NCBI GenBank assembly: GCA_002331145.1
Contig: DCYT01000001.1
Location: forward strand, 287,697-351,696
Length of the DNA: 64,000 nucleotides
From: Candidatus Minusculum obligatum
GTDB taxonomy: Bacteria; Patescibacteriota; Minisyncoccia; Phycocordibacterales; Phycocordibacteraceae
Reading direction: 5' to 3'
Both the position numbers and the translations under genes were made by a program. The notes below the pieces were generated by a model. That model was given only the letters and a program-made list of their open reading frames with translations. It was not told where the DNA came from and made no database searches. Shown here one piece after another: positions 37,109 through 46,455 of this stretch. Position 1 is the first letter of the stretch. Each line of letters opens with the position of its first letter.

Positions 37109-37783
37109 CTAGAGACGTCTTCGTCCAGCACGGATCATGAAATACATTGCGGCTCCTGCAAGCAACACGAGCAGTGTAATTACAAGCGGTACTACAGGAA
37201 GTGTCCCTTCGATAGAGATAACTGCAGCAGGGAGAGTAAGCGCTGTATTAATTGGAGCTGTTATCTCTCCCAAGTCCTCAGTTGCAGGCTCAATACTCTC
37301 AGAGAGAGTAAATGCAGCAGGGAGAGAAGCACTCGCCAGAGGAAGAGCGCCGAGTGTAAGGATATCAAGCTCATTTACTACATTCACACTATCCTTATTA
37401 AGGATGAAGGATGTTCCCTCAGTAGCAACAATACTTGGCCCATCGGTTAACTTTGTTGCAGTAAATATAAGAAAAGGTGTCTTTTGCGTAATTCCACCAG
37501 GGAATCCTGCTGTTTTAATAATCTGACCATTCTCTACCAGGTCATATCCTGGCTGAGAGAGTGCCACCCACCCATCTGCAACTTTAATATCTGAAACCTG
37601 CAGAGTTTTCTCATCAAAAGCAACGACTGCCTTTGCTGTATAGACAGCTTCCTCCCCAGGAAGAACATTCAAAACTACCTGCACGCTCTCTCCCACTGCA
37701 GCCTCCCCTGCAACAAACTCAAAGCTTGCAGCTCCTGCAACAAAAGGAAGAGTAAATAGGATTGTAAGAAGAAATGCTTTCAT
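37109..37783 (-). CDS. Secreted cohesin-like domain protein with C-terminal membrane anchor
   Basis: Signal peptide, beta-sandwich (VGESVQVVL..FDEKTLQV), C-terminal TM and basic tail. Confidence 0.6.
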   Translation of the reverse strand: MKAFLLTILFTLPFVAGAASFEFVAGEAAVGESVQVVLNVLPGEEAVYTAKAVVAFDEKTLQVSDIKVADGWVALSQPGYDLVENGQIIKTAGFPGGITQKTPFLIFTATKLTDGPSIVATEGTSFILNKDSVNVVNELDILTLGALPLASASLPAAFTLSESIEPATEDLGEITAPINTALTLPAAVISIEGTLPVVPLVITLLVLLAGAAMYFMIRAGRRRL

Positions 37784-37784
37784 A

Positions 37785-38348
37785 TTATTTCCAGTTAGCC
37801 ATTAGAATATTGAAATCAAGAATATCAGTTACTCCGTCTCCATTTAAATCAGTCTCGGGAGACCCCCAATTTGCAATAAAGTAGTTGAAATCATTTACAT
37901 CAACCACCCCATCTCCACCAAAGTCTCCCTTGATAGGTGTTGTGGTTGTAGTTGTTGGTGTGGGCACTGATACAGGAGCTGGTGTTGTAGTTTGAGTTGT
38001 TCCACTTGGGGTATCTCGCCCAATAATTACAAGGCGAGTAGCAACTTCTGTAACAGCTCCATTTACAAAGGTCACATTCCCTTCTGCATCTGCAGCATTA
38101 ATCTTAAATGTCATACGCTCCCCTGCGTATGCTCCATCCTCATCTGCAACAAAGAAAAGATTTGGACTCTTTCCAAATGTTCCATCACTTTGAATTGCAG
38201 CGCTCCCCACATTTACATCATTAATGAAGACATTGAGTGTCCCACTTGTGAAATCTTCAACAGTTCCGTGCAGTTGGTGGGGTAGACCAGGCGCTGCAAA
38301 GAGCAGTGCTGGTGTAATAAGTAGTGCTGTAAGTAAAAGTAATCTCAT
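37785..38348 (-). CDS. Secreted protein with Thr/Pro linker and C-terminal dockerin-like domain
   Basis: GDFGGDGVVDVNDF and DLNGDGVTDILDF duplicated Ca-binding loops. Confidence 0.75.
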   Translation of the reverse strand: MRLLLLTALLITPALLFAAPGLPHQLHGTVEDFTSGTLNVFINDVNVGSAAIQSDGTFGKSPNLFFVADEDGAYAGERMTFKINAADAEGNVTFVNGAVTEVATRLVIIGRDTPSGTTQTTTPAPVSVPTPTTTTTTPIKGDFGGDGVVDVNDFNYFIANWGSPETDLNGDGVTDILDFNILMANWK

Positions 38349-38349
38349 A

Positions 38350-40305
38350 TTATGCAGGTATAGCTAGTACAGTCTCTCCATCAACTACGTTCATCCAAAA
38401 TCCATCTCCTGGAGATACTGCTGTTGGTGTTGTATTTGCTCCATCTTCATACCCCACAAGATCACTGTATGCAATTCCAGCTAATCCAACTGCTGCAAAA
38501 GCTGTATCGATTGAAACATCCTCTGTTGTATCAGAATCTGGCTGCAAGTATCCAACAAGCTGCCACCCAATATCTAGATCGCGCATATCAGTCTCCGCCT
38601 CTCCACTTCCTGAAAGTGTTACGTCAGCTGATACCTCAATAAAGTATCCAAATCCTGCTTCCATGGTTGTAAGGTTTGAAAGATCCGGGTTACCTGGGTA
38701 GTACACATACCAAACTCCATCAATGTAGGTCCACACAGACTCAACAGATGAGCTGATTCCTGAGAGTACAGAGGCAATTGAAGTATCTGCAGGATTTACA
38801 GGAAGTGAAATGAGGTTTAGTCCTCCATTTGCTGAAGTAAGGTCAATAGAAAATGGAATTGAAGAATCTCCCCCGCCTCCTCCGCCAGGAGCATCATCTG
38901 GCTGATCAACAGTAAGAGAGGATCCATCTGTAGTACTTGTTGCAGTTGAGCTATTTCCTGCCTCATCAAGCACCGTGATAGTAAATGTCACTGCTCCTTC
39001 TGCAGTGTCAGCATCAACAGTGTACGTTGCTGTGCTTGTAGGAGTTCCTGTTGCAACAGCAACGTCACTCTCATCCAAGATTGCAACAGTTGTTGTGGCT
39101 GCAGTCTCTGCAAGAGCAAACGTTAGCGTTATTGTGTCCCCCTCTAACACTGCATCAGTTGAAGTAGCATTTGTTGTAAGACCAACAAAATTAATATCTA
39201 TAGGTGTAGTGTCTGCCTCTCGAGTAGAGCTTATGGTTTGTTCTGCTGCCTTGTTTTCATTTAAATCTTCTACTGATCCAGGGTTAATAGCACCTACAAC
39301 AAGCTCCACATCAATACTCGTAGCTTCTGTTGTACTTGCAAGCGTAAGCTCTACAACTCCAGGGCTAATCTCATCTGCTGCAGTAATAGTATTTTCTGAA
39401 AGAGAGAAATCTGTCCCTGTTGAATTTACCGTTGTTCCATGAAGGTCTTCGCTAAACGTCACATTGATCTTGTCTCCCTCCTGTGTAATTTCAGCTGCTG
39501 TTATTAATGGAGAAACTCCATCTGTTGGAGTGACTGTTGTCTCATCTAGTTCATTCCCATCAGTATCTGAAATTCCTGAGATAGTTACATCAGGCGTTGC
39601 GCCACTATCAATTGAAGAATTTTCTGTAACAGTGATCATTACCTCATCAAGGTTAAGTTCGAGACCAAACTCCCAGTGCCCTACTGCAGATACCGTATAC
39701 CCATCTACTGTTACGTCATCTGTTGTAAGAGTTGTTCGGTCCACCACTGTAGAGAACTCAGGCTTGATAGTATCGATAAACCCATCGTCATCTTCATCGT
39801 ATGTTTTTGCAGAATCAAAGGTAAATGGATTTGCTACTACTGCAGCCTCTGCAGTTAGCGCAAACTCCTTCTCCACTCCATCTGAGTCTGGATCATCATT
39901 TAGCGTAAAGACAACGAATGTATAATCTCCCTCATCATCTATAACCACATCAAAAGAAACCGTTTCGTCTGCTGCAAACCCTGGATTCCAAAAACAATAC
40001 ACAATTGGCTCAAAACCAAGATCAGAAATATCTTCCCCATCCCCACAAGAAACATTCGATAGTCCTGAGATCTCAGTATCTGTGTCATCAAGAATATAAA
40101 GATCAGCATCTACTGTTACCTCATCAGTATTGGCAAGCTGAATTTCAAAAGTTTTAGTCTCTCCAACGGTAAGTGTAGAAGTGCTTTCTCCATCAATGGT
40201 GAAGGAAACGTTTACTGGAGCTGCAAAAGCAATAGAAAAACCACCAAAAAAGGTGGCCAACAACGCGCCTGAAATCATTCCAATCACAGCAATTCTCTCG
40301 CTCAT
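38350..40305 (-). CDS. Large acidic secreted surface protein with Ig-like modules
   Basis: Signal peptide, Asp/Thr-rich beta repeats, poly-Gly linker, C-terminal duplicated GLNLIS..GYF / GWQLVG..GFW module. Confidence 0.7.
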   Translation of the reverse strand: MSERIAVIGMISGALLATFFGGFSIAFAAPVNVSFTIDGESTSTLTVGETKTFEIQLANTDEVTVDADLYILDDTDTEISGLSNVSCGDGEDISDLGFEPIVYCFWNPGFAADETVSFDVVIDDEGDYTFVVFTLNDDPDSDGVEKEFALTAEAAVVANPFTFDSAKTYDEDDDGFIDTIKPEFSTVVDRTTLTTDDVTVDGYTVSAVGHWEFGLELNLDEVMITVTENSSIDSGATPDVTISGISDTDGNELDETTVTPTDGVSPLITAAEITQEGDKINVTFSEDLHGTTVNSTGTDFSLSENTITAADEISPGVVELTLASTTEATSIDVELVVGAINPGSVEDLNENKAAEQTISSTREADTTPIDINFVGLTTNATSTDAVLEGDTITLTFALAETAATTTVAILDESDVAVATGTPTSTATYTVDADTAEGAVTFTITVLDEAGNSSTATSTTDGSSLTVDQPDDAPGGGGGGDSSIPFSIDLTSANGGLNLISLPVNPADTSIASVLSGISSSVESVWTYIDGVWYVYYPGNPDLSNLTTMEAGFGYFIEVSADVTLSGSGEAETDMRDLDIGWQLVGYLQPDSDTTEDVSIDTAFAAVGLAGIAYSDLVGYEDGANTTPTAVSPGDGFWMNVVDGETVLAIPA

Positions 40306-40383
40306 ATCGTGGTAACAAATTACCACAAATTATTGATTTGTCAATAAAGGACATTTTCTCCCCTAAAGGACACCTTGTGTCCT

Positions 40384-41028
40384 TTAGAAAACGCCAAGCG
40401 GAGCGCCTGTAAAGAGAGTAAAGATTGATTGCACAATTGCAAAAAATGGTCCTGAAAGCACTGTTATAAATATAAAGATAAATAAGAAAAGAGAGATGAT
40501 TCCTAATGACTGTATCTTCCTTTCAAAATTTTGAAATCCCATAGCAAATCTATATGGAAGAAGAGATCGCAATACCGTATACCCATCAAGTGGAGGCAGA
40601 GGAATAAGATTAAAGAGTCCCAAAAAGAGATTGATAAGCACAACAAGGGCTGAAAGCGCTATAAATGTGTCAGGTAATCCCGCACCAAAACGTATAACGA
40701 GTGAGAAAATAAGCGCTATAAAGATATTTGTGGCAGGGCCTGCAATAGCAACGATCGCTTCTCCAAAGCGCTGATTCCTTAAGTTTAAAGGGTTATATGG
40801 CACTGGCTTTGCCCACCCGAAAAGAAATCCAGCACTTGTTATCACCAAAAACGCTGGAATAAGGACCGATCCTACAAAATCAATGTGCGGAAGAGGGTTA
40901 AGAGTTAACCGTCCTGCATTCTTTGCAGTTGGGTCACCGAGCGCATATGCCGCATAACCGTGCGCCACTTCATGCAAAATAATTGAAACAATTAACAATA
41001 TAACCGTGAAAAGAATGAGTTCAGACAT
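40384..41028 (-). CDS. Site-2 protease (peptidase M50)
   Basis: HEVAHG and NLIPLPPLDG motifs; TM helices. Confidence 0.93.
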   Translation of the reverse strand: MSELILFTVILLIVSIILHEVAHGYAAYALGDPTAKNAGRLTLNPLPHIDFVGSVLIPAFLVITSAGFLFGWAKPVPYNPLNLRNQRFGEAIVAIAGPATNIFIALIFSLVIRFGAGLPDTFIALSALVVLINLFLGLFNLIPLPPLDGYTVLRSLLPYRFAMGFQNFERKIQSLGIISLFLFIFIFITVLSGPFFAIVQSIFTLFTGAPLGVF

Positions 41029-41121
41029 AGTTAGTTAGGTATACCATATTTTTGTGCACTCTTTGAGCATTGACACAGCAATGCAACAGGAGTTTAGTAT
41101 AGAAAGGAAAGGGGGATTGTC

Positions 41122-41376
41122 ATGATCTTTGCACAAACACCTGCCGAGAAAGAGCATGATGGACGCCTAGTGTCTGCCCAAAAAAATATTGCCTGCTCTT
41201 CCGGCACACACACTATTCCTGCCGGGACAAAGGGGCGAATCCAAGATGCAAGAGATCTCTCGGACAAAGGAACAAGGATCCTTGTCCTCTGGATTAAGCC
41301 AGAAGATGGATCTGCTTGGTGTTCGCTCTGGTGTTCAACCACTGAGGTGATTGAATGCATTCCCGAAGGCCCGTAA
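41122..41376 (+). CDS. Orphan protein, small beta-barrel-like
   Basis: TTGACA upstream, AAGGGGG SD; hairpin gaaggcccgt...acgggccttc at the 3' end. Confidence 0.6.
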   Translation: MIFAQTPAEKEHDGRLVSAQKNIACSSGTHTIPAGTKGRIQDARDLSDKGTRILVLWIKPEDGSAWCSLWCSTTEVIECIPEGP

Positions 41377-41444
41377 GTATTTACGGGCCTTCTATTTATA
41401 TATATGTTGCAATTATTTAGATTTCCTAGTAATCTACGCCCACT

Positions 41445-41690
41445 ATGTCACGAAAATGTGCAATTACAGGAAAGACTTCACAAGTGGGCGGCGGATATTC
41501 AAACCGTACGCGTGCTACAAAGTTTAACCCAACAGGAAAACGTCGACGGCAGGTGAACCTGCAGCGACGTCGCATTTTCATACCTGAACTTGATAAGAGC
41601 GTTGCACTCACTGTCTCAGCTGCCGGACTTAAAGAAATTAAAAAGAACGGAGCATACGCAACACTAAGAAAAGCTCGAATCATCAAGTAA
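41445..41690 (+). CDS. rpmB: 50S ribosomal protein L28
   Basis: MSRKCAITGK and RRQVNLQ motifs. Confidence 0.92.
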   Translation: MSRKCAITGKTSQVGGGYSNRTRATKFNPTGKRRRQVNLQRRRIFIPELDKSVALTVSAAGLKEIKKNGAYATLRKARIIK

Positions 41691-41701
41691 CAAAAAGAAC
41701 C

Positions 41702-42421
41702 CTACGGGGTTCTTTTTGTATACCTCTGTGTCTGCTTCGTTTCTTTTGAAAAGGAGATTTTTTCTTTTCCTTCCCCATCGCAATTGAACCGAGAGAGAAC
41801 TTCTCTCGCAACAGCATTTGCTGGATTGTATGTGGGAATAGAAAATACTTCTTCAAAAACATCTGCAACCAGAGGATAGTGTGTGCAGCCAAGCAAGATA
41901 AGATCTGCAGAAATCTTTCCTTGAGTCTGTTTGTATTTCTCTAGCAACTTTTGCACCTCTTCTCTATTTTTTCCTGATTCAATATATGAAACTAATTCGG
42001 GAAGAGGCAATTCTTCTACTTTTTTCCCAATGCCTTTCAAGCGATCTTGATACACTCCTGAATCAATTGTTATCTGTGTCGCGCACAGCAAAATATTTTT
42101 CTCCTCTCTATTTTTTAAATCCTGAATGGTTGGCCCAACCATTTCAATAATGTTCTCTTTCGATAATGAGAGTGAAGTGAGCAACGGAGCGTCTAATGAA
42201 ATTGAAATGCTATTACACGCACTTACAATCTCGACGACTCCTTCGTCTATAAGTTTTTGAATACTCTCTGCTGCCAATTTCTTCACCTCTTCTTTTGTCT
42301 TGTTTCCATATGGAGCATTTTTTGTATCTCCAAAATAAACAAGATCTGTTTTAGGGGCATATGTGCGTATTGCATTGAATACTGTAAGGCCGCCAAGACC
42401 TGAATCAAACACGCCAATCAT
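41702..42421 (-). CDS. murI: Glutamate racemase
   Basis: IGVFDSGLGGL, PYG, ACNS and LGCTHYP motifs. Confidence 0.93.
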   Translation of the reverse strand: MIGVFDSGLGGLTVFNAIRTYAPKTDLVYFGDTKNAPYGNKTKEEVKKLAAESIQKLIDEGVVEIVSACNSISISLDAPLLTSLSLSKENIIEMVGPTIQDLKNREEKNILLCATQITIDSGVYQDRLKGIGKKVEELPLPELVSYIESGKNREEVQKLLEKYKQTQGKISADLILLGCTHYPLVADVFEEVFSIPTYNPANAVAREVLSRFNCDGEGKEKISFSKETKQTQRYTKRTP

Positions 42422-42435
42422 ATGTAAATAGTAGC

Positions 42436-43251
42436 CTATTTCCGCAAAAATGTTTTACCATCACTTACAAAGAGAATTGTTCCTTCCTCTGCAATCTCTA
42501 ACACCTCTGCATCTGTTTGCCCTAACGCTGAGAGGACACTTGCATGAGGGTGGCCGTACCTATTTTCTGCACCAGCTGAAATAATTGCATACAAAGGAGA
42601 CACTTCTTTGAGAAAAAGAGGGTCACTTGAAGTCTTTGATCCATGATGTCCAACTTTAAGAATTTCACTCTCAAGATTTTGCTTGAGCAGATACCGCTCA
42701 ACGCCTTTGCTGGCATCTCCGGTAAGAAGGATGTCTGTTTCTCCATATGAAACTTTCAAAATAACAGACGTATTGTTTGTGTCCCCCTGTATATCTCTGT
42801 CAGGAAATAAAACTTCTGCAATAACATCTTTATCTAAATAAATTTTCATTCCCTTTCGAGCAACTACGTAGTTGCTCTCTTTTTCTACACGCTTCATGAG
42901 CTCCTTGTATATGAGCGTATCGTTTCCAACTCCTGGATCAAGAAAATTCTTTACAACATACCGATCAAAAACTGGAATGAGTCCTCCTATATGGTCTTTG
43001 TCTGGATGTGTCCCAATAACTACATCTATTTCTTTATCTGAGAGATCCATAATAGACGGAAGCTCTCGCAACACATCATTACCTGCTCCTCCATCTATTA
43101 ATATGTCATTTCCATTTGGTGCTTGTATGTAAATTGCGTCTCCCTGACCCACATCAAGAAATGCCACAAGCAAATACTTCTCTTCAAAAATTTCGAAAAG
43201 AACTGCACCTTGCACAAAGAAGAGAAGAGTAATGAAACTAACTTTCATCAT
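42436..43251 (-). CDS. Stand-alone ComEC/Rec2-type MBL-fold hydrolase
   Basis: FLDVGQGDA, THPDKDHIGG, KVGHHGS and YGHPH motifs. Confidence 0.88.
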   Translation of the reverse strand: MMKVSFITLLFFVQGAVLFEIFEEKYLLVAFLDVGQGDAIYIQAPNGNDILIDGGAGNDVLRELPSIMDLSDKEIDVVIGTHPDKDHIGGLIPVFDRYVVKNFLDPGVGNDTLIYKELMKRVEKESNYVVARKGMKIYLDKDVIAEVLFPDRDIQGDTNNTSVILKVSYGETDILLTGDASKGVERYLLKQNLESEILKVGHHGSKTSSDPLFLKEVSPLYAIISAGAENRYGHPHASVLSALGQTDAEVLEIAEEGTILFVSDGKTFLRK

Positions 43252-43275
43252 TCCCCTATGGTACGATACCCGCAT

Positions 43276-43848
43276 ATGAAACTCTACGAAGCAAAACAAT
43301 TTAATTTACCAACTATCGAAGGACTTTCTGAGAAACAGATTGAAGTTCACCTAAAGCTATACGAAGGGTACGTAAAGCACACCAACCTTATCCGGGAGCA
43401 GATCAAGGAGCTAAAAGAGAAGGGTGCTCCACAATACGTTATCGACGAACTACGTAGGCGTTACGCATTTGAATTTGATGGAATGCGAATGCATGAGTAT
43501 TACTTTGAACAATTTGAAGAGGGCGCAAAAGAAGCAACTGGGGACTTTAAAGATGCGGTCTCAGAAAAATATGGAAGCTTTGAAGACTTCATCTCCCACA
43601 TAAAAGAGGTTGCAGGATCTCGAGGAATTGGATGGATTGTTGTAAGTCACGATGACAAGGAAGGTCAGATTCACACAACCTTTGCAGCAGATCATGAGCT
43701 CGGACATCTTGCAGGTACAAAAGTGCTTTGTGCAATTGATATGTGGGAGCATGCCTTTATGGTTGATTATGTCCCAGCTGAGAAAGGCAACTACCTTGAA
43801 ACTGTATTACAAAATATAAACTGGGAAGTAGTAGGAAACCGATATTAA
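43276..43848 (+). CDS. Fe/Mn superoxide dismutase-family protein
   Basis: HLKLYEGYV, HEYYF and DMWEHAF motifs. Confidence 0.9.
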   Translation: MKLYEAKQFNLPTIEGLSEKQIEVHLKLYEGYVKHTNLIREQIKELKEKGAPQYVIDELRRRYAFEFDGMRMHEYYFEQFEEGAKEATGDFKDAVSEKYGSFEDFISHIKEVAGSRGIGWIVVSHDDKEGQIHTTFAADHELGHLAGTKVLCAIDMWEHAFMVDYVPAEKGNYLETVLQNINWEVVGNRY

Positions 43849-43884
43849 AAACAAACGCCGCAGAGAAATCTGCGGCGTTTACGT

Positions 43885-44139
43885 TTACTCCTTAGTAGCG
43901 AATGGATTTCGCTGTGGAGCTATCAGTTCTCGAAAGAACATTCGGTTCGCCACAACTAGGGCAGCGAGAACTGCAAGGATAATCTTCCAAGAAACCAGGT
44001 GCAAAAGAGTTAGAAAGAAACAGATCATGAACAATGAGCCAAGACCCATCACGAGCCAATCTCCTACTGACCACTTTCCAGCCTTAACTGGAACGATGGG
44101 AAGGTCCTTGTTGAGGTTTGCGCTGGGATAATGTGTCAT
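43885..44139 (-). CDS. Small two-TM orphan protein overlapping the comEC 3' end
   Basis: AAAGGAGGGGG SD before ATG 44139; ends at a bidirectional hairpin. Confidence 0.65.
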   Translation of the reverse strand: MTHYPSANLNKDLPIVPVKAGKWSVGDWLVMGLGSLFMICFFLTLLHLVSWKIILAVLAALVVANRMFFRELIAPQRNPFATKE

Positions 44140-45559
44140 TTCCCCCTCCTTTCCTCCACAAAAACCATACAATAAATACATACATAAGTAAAGTAACCCA
44201 AAATGGGAACACTGGAAGTGTAACTGCAGAACCTGGAATCGCTGCAATAAAATCAACGAGAACAAGAACATATGAAAGGGTTAGGTAGGCAGGGATTCCA
44301 AGCAAAACTCCAATACCTGGAATTGCCCCAAAGATTCCTGCAATAAGAGAGAAGAGCATTGCAATTGGAATTATTGGAAGCACAAGAATATTTGCAGGAA
44401 GAGAAGAAAGTGAAAGGAGACCTGTTAGATATAGCAATAATGGAAATACTGCAATTTGCGTACCAATAGTTGCTCCAACAATTTCTCTTAATCCAAACTT
44501 TTTAGTCACCCATGGAATATAACTTTCAATGAGAGGTGCAACATAAATCAATCCAAGTGTTGCAATGAAAGAAAGCTGAAAAGATGGATCGTATACAAGA
44601 ATAAGTGGATTTAGAATCAACATAAACATTCCTGCCACAAGAAGAGCTCTGGTAAGTGCGTACGTTCTCCCTGTTGCCCGAGCAATAAGAGCGAGGACCG
44701 CCATGATTCCAGCACGAACAATAGTTGCTCCTGCCCCAACCATAAATACAAAAAGGCCGATTGAACCTGCGCCGATTGAAAGAGCAACCCTTTTAGGAAG
44801 AAACTTTAAGCTTCTCATTATTGCCTCTGCAATAATCGTTACGTTGTAACCTGAGAGCACTACAATATGAATAAGACCTGTAACAACAAAAGCATCGAGC
44901 AGCTCATCTCCCAGGGAGCGCTTTGCGCCAACAGTAATCCCTCCCCCTAAAGCTGACTGAGGCTCAGGAAGTGCCTGCATAATATTTCTTAGAAAGAAAT
45001 CTTTTACTGCAAATAAGAAGCCTCGTATAGAAACGTCTCCTTTTTCTACAACCTCCACATCTGCAAATGAAACTACGTAGTGAATATTATCTTTTGCAAG
45101 AAATTTATCGTATGCAAAAACTCTTCCCGTATCTGTCTTGAAAGCCTCTGGCTTTGAAAGCATTCCTGTTGCCGTCACAACATCTCCAAATGCTATTGGC
45201 ACAAAACGCTCTGTTGTTACAAGCACTCGAACCTCTTCATTCTCTACAATAAATCTTGTATGTGTTTCGCGAATATCAACTTCCTCTACAATCTTTCCCT
45301 GTATTGAAAATTCTTTCTGCAGAAAAGAATCTAAAGCTGTTTGTGGAACAAGTTCTGGAAGAGCCCGAAGCCCTCCAAACATAAAACCTAAAAACAAAAG
45401 CCCTATCAGGAGGACTTTTGAAACTTTTTTTATTGCTCCGTACCCAAAGAAAAGTAATGCGGGGACAGAAAGAAATAGGAGAAAGAATATTGAAGCACCC
45501 AAAAGAATTGTGTAGAAAATTCCAAGTACGAATCCAATGCTCAGTGCGTACAATTTCAT
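44084..45559 (-). CDS. comEC: ComEC DNA-uptake channel (competence domain, no MBL domain)
   Basis: GLIHIVVLSGYN, RAGIM and SFQLSF motifs; many TM helices. Confidence 0.92.
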   Translation of the reverse strand: MKLYALSIGFVLGIFYTILLGASIFFLLFLSVPALLFFGYGAIKKVSKVLLIGLLFLGFMFGGLRALPELVPQTALDSFLQKEFSIQGKIVEEVDIRETHTRFIVENEEVRVLVTTERFVPIAFGDVVTATGMLSKPEAFKTDTGRVFAYDKFLAKDNIHYVVSFADVEVVEKGDVSIRGFLFAVKDFFLRNIMQALPEPQSALGGGITVGAKRSLGDELLDAFVVTGLIHIVVLSGYNVTIIAEAIMRSLKFLPKRVALSIGAGSIGLFVFMVGAGATIVRAGIMAVLALIARATGRTYALTRALLVAGMFMLILNPLILVYDPSFQLSFIATLGLIYVAPLIESYIPWVTKKFGLREIVGATIGTQIAVFPLLLYLTGLLSLSSLPANILVLPIIPIAMLFSLIAGIFGAIPGIGVLLGIPAYLTLSYVLVLVDFIAAIPGSAVTLPVFPFWVTLLMYVFIVWFLWRKGGGNDTLSQRKPQQGPSHRSS

Positions 45560-45595
45560 AACTACGTAGTTAATTACGTAATTAACTACGTAGTT
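45560..45595. repeat. Nested perfect palindrome, copy 2
   Basis: Identical 36-bp core; abuts the comEC ATG and encodes the last codons and TAG of rnhA. Confidence 0.97.
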
Positions 45596-45990
45596 CCTCT
45601 ATCCATTGCTTTATTTGCAAGAGCATCAGCTTCTTTATTTTGTTCTCTACGAACATGTTCAAATGCCACATTCTTAAATTTTGGCAGGAGATTTTGTACA
45701 CGAAGATATTGCTTATACAATCCCTGGTCTTTTACCTTGTACTCTCCCAAGAGCTGCCTTTGTGCGAGCTGACTATCTAGCCGAACAGTCACTTCCTCTC
45801 CTTCTGCAATAGAGGAGAGCTTCTCAAGCCCCAAAATAATTGCTTCATACTCTGCCCAATTGTTTGTCTGCTCTCCTAAATACTCTGAAACTTCAGCAAC
45901 AAGCTTCATGTCTTTATTAAAAATTGCAGCACCTGCTCCTGCAGGCCCTGGATTTCCCCTTGCTCCTCCATCCGTATATATCGTGTACAT
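45586..45990 (-). CDS. rnhA: Ribonuclease HI
   Basis: YTDGGARGNPG, TNNWAEY, DSQL and NKEADALAN motifs. Confidence 0.93.
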   Translation of the reverse strand: MYTIYTDGGARGNPGPAGAGAAIFNKDMKLVAEVSEYLGEQTNNWAEYEAIILGLEKLSSIAEGEEVTVRLDSQLAQRQLLGEYKVKDQGLYKQYLRVQNLLPKFKNVAFEHVRREQNKEADALANKAMDRGTT

Positions 45991-46044
45991 ATGTAAGGGA
46001 GTATAGCAGAAAGCGCCTTTCCATCATTGGAAAGGCGCTATAAA

Positions 46045-46398
46045 TTATTCATCTTCAAGGAAACAGACTCCCACGGAAACATCTTCGTGCTGCCCAGAGA
46101 CAAGAAGGGCTCTAAAAGCCTCTCCTTCTGAAGCACGTCGACGCTGCCCCAAAACAGGCAGCACGATTTTGGCATTTTTAAAACCAGAATTCGTAATACA
46201 CCAAGCAGGGTATGTCGTCTTCCCTCGAATATGAGACACTTCTTCATCTTGACGAGGACCCAAATTGGCTTCGAAGGAATCGCGACTATTGAAACGTATA
46301 CGTATACGCTTACCTTGTGAGTCTTTCGAAAACAACTTTTCCAGCTTCTCATCAACACTAGAAGGACCTGAAAGAACTTCTCTTACTTTTGCAATCAT
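46045..46398 (-). CDS. Orphan protein
   Basis: AAAGGAG SD; followed by the hairpin gcgcctttcc...ggaaaggcgc. Confidence 0.6.
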   Translation of the reverse strand: MIAKVREVLSGPSSVDEKLEKLFSKDSQGKRIRIRFNSRDSFEANLGPRQDEEVSHIRGKTTYPAWCITNSGFKNAKIVLPVLGQRRRASEGEAFRALLVSGQHEDVSVGVCFLEDE

Positions 46399-46455
46399 TG
46401 GATCTCTCCTTTGATCTCTATAATGTTACTAACAAAATAGTAACACTTATATAAC

